Counted from the stretch's first letter, positions 38,342 to 47,826 are shown. The stretch: DNA of 64,000 nucleotides from Peptococcaceae bacterium (GCA_034927285.1 JAYFQF010000024.1:9421-73420), one strand, 5' to 3'. The notes: generated by a model from the sequence alone, not told the origin. Numbers and translations: made by a program.

Positions 38342-40015
38342 TTACTTCAGCGCGGCCCGGCCCACCAGCCGGTAGAAAAACGCCGTCAAAGCCAAAGACA
38401 CCGCCGCAAAGCCGAAGCCCACCAAAGAAGCGTCCAGACCCGCCGCCATGATCAACATGATCGGCGCCCACCCCACCAGCATGCCGCCCAGGGTGCCCAG
38501 CATGGCGGCCAGGCTCTGTTTTACCACTGCCGCTTCCGTCTCCCAGCCATAGTTGGGCAGCTTGATATTTACATACATGCCCCAGACCGGGATAAAAAGG
38601 CTGTAGGAAAGAGGGACCAGAAAAAGCAGCAGCGTGTCCGCCGGACCGGAAGCAAAACGCAGGGCCAGCAAAGCGGAGGAGATCAGGCTGGCCGGCAGCA
38701 CCAGGGTCAGGTTGACCAGGATTTTGCTGTCGAACACCGTTTTGGGCCGGAGGGGTAAGCTCTGCAAAATCCAGAGGTTTTTTCCCTCCAGGGAAAGGGC
38801 GGAGCAAGTGCTGCAGCTGCTGCCTAAAAGGCCGGCCAGGCCAAAGGGCAAAAGCCCCATTGCCAAACGGGCCGCCTTCGGGGACGCCATCAGTCCCTTC
38901 AGCAGAAGGATCGCCTGGGAATCGCCTTCAGCCGGCTCCAGGCCTTGACCCGCCAGAAAAAACAGCGCCAGGCTGGCCCCCAGGGCCATGATTACGCCCA
39001 TCCCCACATTAAGGACATAAATGTTGGTGCTGAAAAAACGCTTCAGCTCCTTTTGGTATAAAGCGGCCAGCGGACTTTGGCGGCGCAGGCGGCCCAGCCT
39101 GAAATTCCCCGCCCGCCGCCGGGAGGCCAGAGCGGTGTTCAGCTCCTGATATTTCAGTGACAAAAGACTCACAAAGGCCAGGAACCAGCCCAGGGAAATC
39201 AAGGCAAACCAAAGCAAAGACAAAAGCCGGCCTTCTGCCGCGGCTTCGGTAAACAAAGCAGCCGGCGGATAGAGCCGGCGGATCTGGGCCGAAAGAGCCG
39301 CACCCAGGGAAGCCATGCCCTGGGCGTCCATAGAATCAAACATAGCCTGGCCGCCGAAGGAAAATTTCATCACAAAGTAGAGATAGACGAACATGGCCCC
39401 AAAAGACAGCACCAGCGCCGCCGGCCTGGTATAGCGGAAACGTACGGCCGCCGCGGTGATCAGCGCCCCCAATACCGCGGCGAGGGTCGTGGGAATCAGC
39501 GGCGCCAGCAGCATGCCGGCAAGCCAGACCAGATAAAAACCCGGGCCGGGCCGGCTAAAAACAGCGCAAGCCGTACCCATCGGCAGCATCACCAGAAGGC
39601 AGCCGGCCAGGTTCATCAGGTACATCTGAAAAAATCGGCTGGCGATCACCGCGCCGTGGCTGACCGGCAGAGACATCACCAGGTCGTAGTCCCGGAAGGC
39701 AAAAAGAAAGCCGTTGGATTTCAAAATCGTAAAAAATAAGGTCATCAGGGAGGCGGCGGTCAACGCATACCCCGGCACCGCCCGGGCCAGTCCTACTTTC
39801 AGCATGCCCCAGGCCAGCAGATAGGCATAAACGGCCACCATAACGGCCAGCATGGCAAAACTGGCCAGCAGAAGCAACCGCCGGCCCTGGCCTTTGCCGG
39901 CGTTTTTTCCCCAAAGCTCGTTCAGGCGGAACTGATTGCGCAACTGGGCTTTACTTAAAATCAGGCAGCCGGCCAGGCTGCCCGGGCCGTTTTGCCCGGC
40001 GGCTTTATTTCTCAT
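38342..40015 (-). CDS. ABC transporter permease (multi-TM, ABC-2-like exporter)
   Basis: About 12-14 hydrophobic helices, RDYDLVMSLPV, SLEGKNLWILQSLP; coupled to the ATPase gene. Confidence 0.85.
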   Translation of the reverse strand: MRNKAAGQNGPGSLAGCLILSKAQLRNQFRLNELWGKNAGKGQGRRLLLLASFAMLAVMVAVYAYLLAWGMLKVGLARAVPGYALTAASLMTLFFTILKSNGFLFAFRDYDLVMSLPVSHGAVIASRFFQMYLMNLAGCLLVMLPMGTACAVFSRPGPGFYLVWLAGMLLAPLIPTTLAAVLGALITAAAVRFRYTRPAALVLSFGAMFVYLYFVMKFSFGGQAMFDSMDAQGMASLGAALSAQIRRLYPPAALFTEAAAEGRLLSLLWFALISLGWFLAFVSLLSLKYQELNTALASRRRAGNFRLGRLRRQSPLAALYQKELKRFFSTNIYVLNVGMGVIMALGASLALFFLAGQGLEPAEGDSQAILLLKGLMASPKAARLAMGLLPFGLAGLLGSSCSTCSALSLEGKNLWILQSLPLRPKTVFDSKILVNLTLVLPASLISSALLALRFASGPADTLLLFLVPLSYSLFIPVWGMYVNIKLPNYGWETEAAVVKQSLAAMLGTLGGMLVGWAPIMLIMAAGLDASLVGFGFAAVSLALTAFFYRLVGRAALK

Positions 40016-40847
40016 TATCCTTCACCCCGCTTAAGGGCCTCTCCGGCAAGCCCTCCGGGGCAGGGCTGTGCCAGGCGGCACCGCTGCCGTCCCCGGCTTT
40101 CCCCTGGTCCGCCCCGTCCTTGCCGGCTCCTTGGCCTTCGGTTTCGGCTACCTCCATAAACAGTTCCTCCAGGGAACGTTCCCGGATCAGCTCTTCCATG
40201 GGACCGGAAACCACCAGGCGGCCCTTTTGAATAATCGCGATTTTATTGCAGAGCTTCTCCGCCACATCCAGCACATGGGTGGAAAAAAAGATGGCGCTGC
40301 CCTGGGAGCAGATCTCCCGCATGATGTTTTTCAGCAAAAGGCTGGCCCGGGGGTCCAGCCCAACGAAGGGTTCGTCCAGCACCATCAGCCTGGGCCGGTG
40401 AAGCAGTGCGGAAAGAATCGCCAGCTTTTGCTTCATGCCGTGAGAATAAGCGGAAATCACATCTCCCAGGGCGCCGGTGATCTCAAAGGCGTCGCCGTAA
40501 CGCCGGATCCGCTCCTGCCGTTCCTCCCGGCCCACCTGAAAAATATCGGCGATGAAGTTCAGATACTGTATCCCGGTAAGATGGTCGTATAAATCCGGAT
40601 TGTCCGGGATATAAGCGGTGACCTTTTTGCATTCCAAAGGCTGCCGGCGGATAGACTTGCCGTCGATGAGGATCTCTCCCTCCTCAAAGTCCAGCACCCC
40701 CACCACAGCCTTGATGGTGGTGCTTTTGCCGGCTCCGTTGGGGCCGATGAAACCGCAGATATCGCCGGCCTGAATGGTCAGGCTTAAGTCCTCCACGGCC
40801 TTTTTGCCGCCTTTGTAGCTTTTGCTGAAGTGTCTGATTTCCAGCAT
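40005..40847 (-). CDS. ABC transporter ATP-binding protein
   Basis: GPNGAGKST, YSHGMKQK, VLDEP, FFSTH. Confidence 0.95.
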   Translation of the reverse strand: MLEIRHFSKSYKGGKKAVEDLSLTIQAGDICGFIGPNGAGKSTTIKAVVGVLDFEEGEILIDGKSIRRQPLECKKVTAYIPDNPDLYDHLTGIQYLNFIADIFQVGREERQERIRRYGDAFEITGALGDVISAYSHGMKQKLAILSALLHRPRLMVLDEPFVGLDPRASLLLKNIMREICSQGSAIFFSTHVLDVAEKLCNKIAIIQKGRLVVSGPMEELIRERSLEELFMEVAETEGQGAGKDGADQGKAGDGSGAAWHSPAPEGLPERPLSGVKDNEK

Positions 40848-40958
40848 ATTTCCTGCTCCTCTTCCTGGCCCGGCAGGCCGATCCAGGTAAACTGGCGGGG
40901 CCTGCGCCCGGGCCGGGGCTCATTTTGAATAACTTCGTTAAACGCTGGCTCCAGTATA

Positions 40959-41228
40959 TCATGAATTTCGAGCTGAACGCGGCGGCTCTTTTTTTTTCAT
41001 CATCGCGCCGCCCGGCCGTTTCATCTGGTTCAGGCAAAGATTTCTTGCCACAAGGTACAGCCAGGCCCGCATATTGCCATGGCTTTCACTTAAAGAAAGC
41101 AACGCCTTCAAAAACACTTCCTGCAGCAGGTCTTCCGCCATGGCATGGCTGCGGCAAAGAGAATACAGATAAAGGTACAGCTCCCGGGCATAGCGGCAAT
41201 ATAGATTTTTCAGTAAATCCCGCTCCAT
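40959..41228 (-). pseudogene. Truncated ECF sigma factor (region 2 only)
   Basis: LYCRYARELYLYLYSLC..AEDLLQEVFLKAL..MRAWLYLVARNLCLN is sigma region 2; it ends at 89 aa with no region 4 visible in any frame before the ABC gene. Confidence 0.7.
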
Positions 41229-41282
41229 GCCGGCTCTCCGCTCCCTTCTGCCTATATAACAATCCGCCGGTTAAAATGTTAC

Positions 41283-41324
41283 AAAAACGCTGCCCGGGCA
41301 GGATCTCCCGGACAGCGTTTTTTT
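41283..41324. terminator. Probable bidirectional terminator hairpin
   Basis: AAAAACGCTG...CAGCGTTTTT stem with A/T tails. Confidence 0.6.
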
Positions 41325-41367
41325 CTGATCCGCGGACCGATAAGCTGTCTTTTCAATCAGTCCCGGT

Positions 41368-41859
41368 TTATTTTTTGGTTTTGATGGGATTTTCCTTTCG
41401 GGACGCCGCCGCCACGAACTCCACCGGATGCTGGATCAACCCGGCCGTCTCCTCTATGCTGTGTCCCAGATCCATAAAACGCCGGGCCACCGTGTCCATG
41501 GCCTCGCCGATTTCAATCATATGCCCGTCCGGATCGTAAATACGCACCACCTGCTGATGCCAATCATGGGTCATTGGCGGATGCACCAGCTCTACGCCGG
41601 GACAGGAAGCCAGCTTTTTCAGGAAGCCATCAAAATCGTCCGTCTCAAAATACAGCTCCATATTATGGGATCTACTGATCCCGGAGCCGGCCTCAAGACC
41701 GGTCAGCCAGGCAAAATCCTCCTGGAGGGCAAAGCCCCCGCTTAAGGTCACATTTTTGCCCAGATCCAACACCACATTTTGATCAAACAGCCGGCTATAA
41801 AAGCTTTTGGAAACCTCTATGTCCCGTACCGCCAAAAGTGGCAGTTGAAATCGCAGCAT
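41368..41859 (-). CDS. Glyoxalase/bleomycin-resistance (VOC) family protein
   Basis: LAVRDIEVSKSFY, ELYFETDD, HDWHQQVVRIYDPDGHMIEIGE. Confidence 0.85.
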   Translation of the reverse strand: MLRFQLPLLAVRDIEVSKSFYSRLFDQNVVLDLGKNVTLSGGFALQEDFAWLTGLEAGSGISRSHNMELYFETDDFDGFLKKLASCPGVELVHPPMTHDWHQQVVRIYDPDGHMIEIGEAMDTVARRFMDLGHSIEETAGLIQHPVEFVAAASRKENPIKTKK

Positions 41860-42081
41860 TTGCTATTCCCCTCTTTTTTGTTTCCGCCATTATTACACCT
41901 CTTCAGCCGGCGCCGCAGGGCGTTTTGTTCAGGCTGGATTTATCGGCTCATTCCTGGATTTTCTTAGGTCCTTTGCGTCCTCAGGTCCATTGGGGGCCTT
42001 AAGTCCTTTGATTCCTCCGGTCCCTTAGGATACCTAAGCTTCTTAGACTACTTAAGTTCCTAAAATTACTTAGTCCCTTAT

Positions 42082-42474
42082 TTACTTCTGCCCCTTCGGT
42101 CCCTTCGGCTGCTTAGACCCTCTGGTTTCCTTTTCCGGCTTGGGTTCCCTGGGCTTCTTAGTCTGGGGGAAAGGCAACTCCTCCCAGCTTTCCCGCAAAA
42201 GCCGGCACAAAAAATCCCGGTCGTCCAGGGAATCCACAAGATAAAAGGGATTGGCGCCCTGATAAGGCGGCGCTTCCTCCAGTCTCTCTTCCTCGGCCAA
42301 AAGCCGCCGGGCAGCCGCCGTGGGTTTCAGGAAAAACATGTTGTCGCATACCAAAGCGACGATCTTGCCGTCAAGATACACGCCGTATTCGCCGAACATT
42401 TTGCGATAAGACACCTGTCCGGCAGCGGCAGCCTGTTCATAAACGTACTCGATGAATTCCTTCGACGTAGCCAT
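42082..42474 (-). CDS. TfoX/Sxy N-terminal-domain protein
   Basis: MATSKEFIEYV, YRKMFGEYGVYLDGKIVALVCDNMFFLKPT, PPYQGA. Confidence 0.85.
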   Translation of the reverse strand: MATSKEFIEYVYEQAAAAGQVSYRKMFGEYGVYLDGKIVALVCDNMFFLKPTAAARRLLAEEERLEEAPPYQGANPFYLVDSLDDRDFLCRLLRESWEELPFPQTKKPREPKPEKETRGSKQPKGPKGQK

Positions 42475-42531
42475 AGTCCGCTTCCTCCCTCCGGATCCTT
42501 CCGAACGGCAAATGCAAAAAGGCCCAGATAT

Positions 42532-42867
42532 TTACTCCGCCGCCGCTTCTTTTTCAAAACGCAGCCAGCGTCCGGAATAGACGTACAGGGTTTGGTCGTT
42601 CTCACCGCAAATGTAGATTCCCTCGCCTTCGGCGATCTCCACATTGGTCTGACCGTTTTCATTGGGCGTCCGGTCGGCGTCCAACCGCTCTTTTACGGTG
42701 CCCACCTTGGTGAAGCCGTCGGTGCTTTCAGGGACTGCCTCATCGGACTGATCATAAAGGGTATTCTCAAACATTAACGCCGGCTGCACTCTTTCTTCTT
42801 TGCCGCAGCCGCCTAAAAGCAGCAGGCCAGTCAAAACCAATAGAGCAGCCAATATCATTCTTTTCAT
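42532..42867 (-). CDS. Putative lipoprotein, unknown function
   Basis: Signal peptide with lipobox LLGGC; GGAGG RBS. Confidence 0.7.
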   Translation of the reverse strand: MKRMILAALLVLTGLLLLGGCGKEERVQPALMFENTLYDQSDEAVPESTDGFTKVGTVKERLDADRTPNENGQTNVEIAEGEGIYICGENDQTLYVYSGRWLRFEKEAAAE

Positions 42868-43000
42868 GGTCTTCCTCCGCCAAGATTCTGTTTATAAACG
42901 AATTATGCCGTAATTCGCTCCGCTCATTATATCATAAAAAAACCGTAAGTCGGAAATTCGTCACAGTATTTTCACATTTGCCCATGCAAAGGCCTTTACA

Positions 43001-43097
43001 AAAAGGACGGCTCCGGCCGCCGAATACGAACTCCAAAGCAGGCGGCGTAAAATCGTCTGCTTCGGAGAGGCACACCGACAACCCGGCGCCGTCTTTT
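43001..43097 (-). other. ~97-nt long hairpin with G-U pairs ending in U-tract (3' of tfoX-C gene)
   Basis: Manual pairing gives a near-continuous stem on the minus strand; terminator-like end. Confidence 0.5.
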
Positions 43098-43131
43098 ATT
43101 CTTTTTCCGGACTGGGAAAGGCCAAGTCTTT

Positions 43132-43386
43132 CTATTTCGCCGATTGATAAAAGGCCTTCAACTCAACTTTGACCTCCGGAGGCAGGTTATGCCAACGCAT
43201 GTTGCGGATAGCCCCCTCCAAAGCCATCAGCCGATTGATACAGGCTGAATCGTCGATGGCCCGGATTTTCAGCCAGGCTTCCTGGCTGCCGCTTTGCCGC
43301 AGCTGGTCTGCCGTATAAATTCCCACCTGCTCCAATTGAGCCTCCAATGCCTTTCCGATATTCTGAAGGCTTGACAATTCGCCCAT
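43132..43386 (-). CDS. TfoX/Sxy C-terminal-domain protein (helix-hairpin-helix)
   Basis: LSSLQNIGKALEAQLEQVGI..LRQSGSQEAWLKI..LMALEGAI. Confidence 0.85.
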   Translation of the reverse strand: MGELSSLQNIGKALEAQLEQVGIYTADQLRQSGSQEAWLKIRAIDDSACINRLMALEGAIRNMRWHNLPPEVKVELKAFYQSAK

Positions 43387-43806
43387 ATTTCTCCCGCCTT
43401 AATTTAAAATTTTATTATCGGGCCATTTTTTCCGATTCCCAGTATACGGCTTCCATACAAAAAAATCAACGGCTCAGGCCTGGGCGGCGGACTGCCAAAC
43501 CCGTGGGGCATTGTCCCGGGTAAAAGCACCGGGATAAGTCCAGGCAAGGCCCCTCCCGTTGCCGCCGCCGGGGTCTTTCCGGTCGGATAACACTGCCGGA
43601 ACAAAGAGCAGCCGTTTCCGGTCTATAAAGGCGGAGAAAACTGCCTGTGCATATCTCAGGAAAAGATGTCATAATAGGTTGAGACAATCCCGAAGCCGTG
43701 ATGAGCGGGACGACAGGGCGAAAGGCCGTTTCCCTTTTTATAAAATATTTTTGCGGTTGCTGCAATATACGGCGCTCTTTACGCATTAGTCAAGTAACAG
43801 GGAGAA

Positions 43807-44391
43807 ATGGAAATGCTATTTTGTGCGACGTCTGCCATGAAAAAAAACCAAATAACCTCCCCAAGCTCCGCCCCTGACGAAGGCCTCATCGCCCAAATCG
43901 CGGCGGGCAGTACGGAAGCATTGGCCAGCCTTTACCGGCAGACTAATTCCTCCGTCTACGGCTTTGCCCTGTCTATAGTAAAGAACAGCGCCGATGCGGA
44001 AGACATCATGCAGGAAACCTATCTCCGGATCTGCTCCTGTGCCGGCGGCTACAGCCCCCAGGGAAAACCCATGGCCTGGATTTTAACCATTGTAAAAAAC
44101 CTGGCCCTGATGAAGCTGCGCAGCCAAAAGCCGGTTTCCTCCCTTGAGGATTGGGACCCGCCCGACGGCAGGGACCATTTCCGGGCAAGCGAGGACCGGA
44201 TCGTGCTGGCGGCAGCCCTGCGGTATTTATCCGACGATGAGCGCCAGATCCTGATCCTTCACGCCGTCTCCGGCCTGAAGCAACGGGAAATCGCTTCCCT
44301 TTTGGAACTGAAGCTGACCACTGTTCTTTCAAAATACCGCAGGGCCTTGAAAAAACTGAAATCGCATTTGATGGAGGGTGAACGATGTTAA
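43807..44391 (+). CDS. ECF RNA polymerase sigma factor
   Basis: Region 2 AEDIMQETYL/AWILTIVKN and region 4 GLKQREIASLL..TVLSKYRRALKKL. Confidence 0.92.
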   Translation: MEMLFCATSAMKKNQITSPSSAPDEGLIAQIAAGSTEALASLYRQTNSSVYGFALSIVKNSADAEDIMQETYLRICSCAGGYSPQGKPMAWILTIVKNLALMKLRSQKPVSSLEDWDPPDGRDHFRASEDRIVLAAALRYLSDDERQILILHAVSGLKQREIASLLELKLTTVLSKYRRALKKLKSHLMEGERC

Positions 44392-46454
44392 AAGACCGGG
44401 AAATCGAGGGGAAACTCGCTAATGCCATCAGGGAAACAACTCCCGACATCCTGGATGACATCCTTGACAAATGCTACAAGCAGAAAGGATTGATTCCGGC
44501 GATGATAAACGCAGAAATAAACAATGTCAGCGTCCTTCAGGCCAAAAGCAGCGCCTTGCAGATCGGAAAAAGCGTCTTATGGAAAGGCTTATCCGCCGTT
44601 GCGGCCGCGGCCCTGCTTTTTGCAGGCGGCCTGACCTATATGAATAACTTCGCGGTGGATTCCATTATCGGCATCGACGTAAATCCCAGCATCCAGCTGA
44701 AGGCCAGCCGCTCCCAAAGGGTTCTGGACGTCAAGGCCCTGAACAGGGATGCCAGGATCATTCTGGCGGACATGGACTTAAAAGGCGTGGATCTGGACGT
44801 GGCGGTAAACGCCGTCATCGGCTCTATGCTGAAAAACGGCTACGTGGACGATCTGCGGAATTCCATTTTAATTTCTGTTGAAAACACCAACGAAGCCAAG
44901 GGCGCCGTCTTACAGGATAAGCTGGCGTCGGAAGTAAACGCTATCTTAGAGGCCAGCTCGGTGGAAGGAGCGGTGTTAAGCCAGACCATCTGCCAGGACG
45001 ACGCATTAAAGAAGCTGGCTGCCGAATACGATATCTCCACCGGTAAGGCCGCCCTGATCCGCAACCTGTTGAAACAGGACTCTACTCTGAAATTTTCCGA
45101 TCTGACCAAGCTCAGTATTACGGAGCTGGGCCTTTTGGCGGAGAACCGGAAAACGGAACTGGAGGACATAAAATCCATCGGAGCCGTTGCCAACATTTAT
45201 ATCGGTGAGGCCAAGGCCCGGGAAACTGCTCTGAATCACGTGGGACTTAAGGAGGCGGAGGTCAAGTTTATCCGCACCGCCCTGAATTACAAGACCCGGC
45301 AGGTGGTCTACGATGTGGAATTCTACAAAGGCTATACCGAATATGACTTCGAGATCGACGCTAAAACCGGCGTGATCGCCAAATATGATAACGATGTGGA
45401 AGATTTCGAGGCAGCAGCCGCCGATCTGATCAGCGAGGCAAAAGCCAAGGAGGCGGCCCTGGCTCACGTGATTTTAGCGGAAACCGACGTTAAGATTATC
45501 CGAAATCAGCTGACCAAAGAAAACGGCGCTTACGTTTACCATGTGGAATTCTGGAAAGATTACACGGAATACGACTTCATCATCGACGCCAAAACCGGCT
45601 CCATATTAAGCTATGATAACGATATCGAAGGCTTTGACGCCACCCAGCATCTGCTGAGCGATAGCCAGGCCCGCCAAATCGCCCTGAACCATGCCGGCCT
45701 GAAAGCCGAAGACGCTACCTTTACCAAGGCCAAGCTGAATTTCGACGAGGGAAAATACCTTTACGACCTGGAATTCACCGCCGGCAAAGTTGAATACCGG
45801 TATGAGATCGACGCCAGGACCGGCGTCGTCCTGAAATATGAAAAAGATCAAAGCAACGATAATCCGCAGCCGGAAGTAAACGCCAAAGATTACATCAGCA
45901 AAGCCAAAGCCAAGGAAATCGCCTTTAAACATGCCGGCATCAGCCAGGCCGACGCCAAATTTACCAAGGTCAAGCTGGATTACGATAACGGCCGCTACGT
46001 TTACGATGTGGAATTCGTTTACGGCAAGGCCAAATATGATTATGAGCTTGAAGCAAAAACCGGAGAAATCCTGAAATATGACAAAGAGACCTGGGACAAA
46101 GACCAGGATGACGACCGGGACGACGATTGCGCCGGCTGGAACGGCGGCTGGCAGGACGACAACTGGAACAATAAGGACCAGGACGGCAAAAGCCCGAAGG
46201 ACAACAACTGGAACAACAAGAACCAAAAGGACAACGGTTGGAACAACAAAGACCAACACGATAAAAACCAAAAAAACGACGAACGTAACAATAAAGATCA
46301 AAACAATAAAACTCAAAAGGACAACGCCTGGAACAATAAAAACCAGAACAGCAAAATCCAAAGTGTCAGCGCCTGGAACAATACCGGTAAGATTAAAGAC
46401 GCTTGCACGGGCCGCAAATCAGGCTTTGGCGGCAACCAAATCACAAAGAGCTGA
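44385..46454 (+). CDS. RsgI-like anti-sigma membrane protein with four PepSY domains and N/K/D-rich repeat tail
   Basis: Single TM, IDVNPSI motif, four repeats ending EIDAKTG.I..Y, WNNK[DN]Q repeats; overlaps the sigma gene. Confidence 0.8.
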   Translation: MLKDREIEGKLANAIRETTPDILDDILDKCYKQKGLIPAMINAEINNVSVLQAKSSALQIGKSVLWKGLSAVAAAALLFAGGLTYMNNFAVDSIIGIDVNPSIQLKASRSQRVLDVKALNRDARIILADMDLKGVDLDVAVNAVIGSMLKNGYVDDLRNSILISVENTNEAKGAVLQDKLASEVNAILEASSVEGAVLSQTICQDDALKKLAAEYDISTGKAALIRNLLKQDSTLKFSDLTKLSITELGLLAENRKTELEDIKSIGAVANIYIGEAKARETALNHVGLKEAEVKFIRTALNYKTRQVVYDVEFYKGYTEYDFEIDAKTGVIAKYDNDVEDFEAAAADLISEAKAKEAALAHVILAETDVKIIRNQLTKENGAYVYHVEFWKDYTEYDFIIDAKTGSILSYDNDIEGFDATQHLLSDSQARQIALNHAGLKAEDATFTKAKLNFDEGKYLYDLEFTAGKVEYRYEIDARTGVVLKYEKDQSNDNPQPEVNAKDYISKAKAKEIAFKHAGISQADAKFTKVKLDYDNGRYVYDVEFVYGKAKYDYELEAKTGEILKYDKETWDKDQDDDRDDDCAGWNGGWQDDNWNNKDQDGKSPKDNNWNNKNQKDNGWNNKDQHDKNQKNDERNNKDQNNKTQKDNAWNNKNQNSKIQSVSAWNNTGKIKDACTGRKSGFGGNQITKS

Positions 46455-46493
46455 GCCGCTTCGGCGGCTTGGAAAACACCCCTGCTTCGGCAG

Positions 46494-46537
46494 CAAAAAC
46501 AAAAGGCGACCGGATGATCCGGCCGCCTTTTGTTTTT
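46494..46537. terminator. Bidirectional terminator between convergent genes
   Basis: AAAAACAAAAGGCG-ACCGG/CCGG-CCGCCTTTTGTTTTT. Confidence 0.75.
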
Positions 46538-46590
46538 CTCCGGCTTTTTCATCCGGCCCCAAAAACGGTCCCAGAGCAAATCCATCCTTT

Positions 46591-47349
46591 CTATTTTACG
46601 GCGATGAGGCGGCCTAAAATCCTGCAACCCGGAACAATATAGCGGCCCTCCTCCTTCTCGGCAAAGAGATCCCCGCTTTTTTCCGCAGCCTTAAGGCTGT
46701 GATGGACCAGCGCCAGGCGTCCTTTCCCCGTCTGCAGCAGAGCGATCTCTCCTATCCCCACGGCGTCTGCGGGCCGGAAAAAAACCAGCTGGCCCACCCT
46801 TGCCGCGGAAAAAAGGTATGGGGTCTGCCGGCTGCAGCGGATGGCAAAATCCACCGCGCCTTCCTGGATTTCCCCGCCGGCAGCGCTGACCCTGGCGCAG
46901 GCATCCTCCAGGCTGAGCCAGGGCAGCTCTTCCGGCTCCCGAATTAATATGGCCGGTCCCGCCGCCTCTTCCTGCGGCAGATCCTCAGGTCCGGGCTGGG
47001 GAAAAGCCGGCTCTTCCGGATTCTCTTCCTTCTTCTGACTCCGCACAGTATAGAAGGCTTTGGCAGATTCCAAAATATAGCCTCTCCCGTAGTCGTCGTT
47101 GCCCCGGTAATACTGCAGCAGCCGCTTTTCCCCGGCGCCGCTCTCCCGGACCGGAGCCGTTTCGAAAAGTTCCTCCACCTCGATATCCATGGCCCGGCAC
47201 AGCTTGGTCAGCGTATCAAAAGTAGGGGATTTCTTCCCGCTTAAAATGTTGGTCAGACCGCTGCGGGAAATCCCCGCCCTTTCCGCCAGCTTGTTTTTGC
47301 TGATTCCCTTTTTATTCAGATGATACAAAATCTGTTCTTCTATCCTCAT
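46591..47349 (-). CDS. CI/LexA-like repressor: XRE HTH plus degenerate S24-like C-terminal domain
   Basis: Start ATG 47349 (GAGG-N6); ISKNKLAERAGISRSGLTNILSGKKSPTFDTL; the C-terminus DFAIRC...GQLVFFR..GEIALL lacks GDSM. Confidence 0.75.
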   Translation of the reverse strand: MRIEEQILYHLNKKGISKNKLAERAGISRSGLTNILSGKKSPTFDTLTKLCRAMDIEVEELFETAPVRESGAGEKRLLQYYRGNDDYGRGYILESAKAFYTVRSQKKEENPEEPAFPQPGPEDLPQEEAAGPAILIREPEELPWLSLEDACARVSAAGGEIQEGAVDFAIRCSRQTPYLFSAARVGQLVFFRPADAVGIGEIALLQTGKGRLALVHHSLKAAEKSGDLFAEKEEGRYIVPGCRILGRLIAVK

Positions 47350-47362
47350 CGGCATCCTCGAA

Positions 47363-47453
47363 ACTATAGTTTGAACTGGTTTATTTGATGATATCATGCC
47401 ACTAAAGTGTTTACAATATCTCTCTAAAGTGTTATATTATTGTCGACTATAGT
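47363..47453. promoter_or_regulatory. Back-to-back promoters with four ACTAWAGT-like operators
   Basis: Rightward TTTACA(47410)-N17-TATATT, leftward TTGTAA(47416)-N17-TATCAT, both TG-extended; motif at 47363, 47401, 47423 (1 mismatch), 47446; fifth copy at 47702. Confidence 0.7.
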
Positions 47454-47472
47454 TGCATGGGGGGTGATTATC

Positions 47473-47700
47473 ATGAGGCTTCGGGAATTGCGCTTAAAAA
47501 AGGGGCTCAGTAAAAACCGGCTGGCCAAGTTGGCCGGACTGTCCCAGACCGCCGTCACCTTCATTGAGGAGGGGCAGCGTTCACCCACCCTCAGCACCCT
47601 CCGACGTCTGGCCAGGGCGCTGGAGGTCCCGGTAGCCAGCCTGATCGGGGACGATCCGGAGCCGGAACTTAAGAAGGAAGCCGGAGGACAATGTCCCTAG
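47473..47700 (+). CDS. Cro-like XRE HTH regulator
   Basis: MRLRELRLKKGLSKNRLAKLAGLSQTAVTFIEEGQRSPTLSTLRRLARAL. Confidence 0.9.
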   Translation: MRLRELRLKKGLSKNRLAKLAGLSQTAVTFIEEGQRSPTLSTLRRLARALEVPVASLIGDDPEPELKKEAGGQCP

Positions 47701-47826
47701 CACTATAGTATACTTTTCAGGGCGATTTGGAATCACGGGGGGTGAGGCACAGGTCATTACTTTCGGCTTATCCCGGGGACCCTTTGGGGATAATATCTAC
47801 AGAAGATTCGAAAGGGAGGAACAATC

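Noticed and set aside
43471-43535. Loose resemblance to tRNA-Sec (GGCGGCGGACTGCCAAACCCGTGGGGC...GTCCCGGG)
   Set aside because: No TTCGA T-loop, no proper 7-nt anticodon loop and no acceptor stem or CCA.
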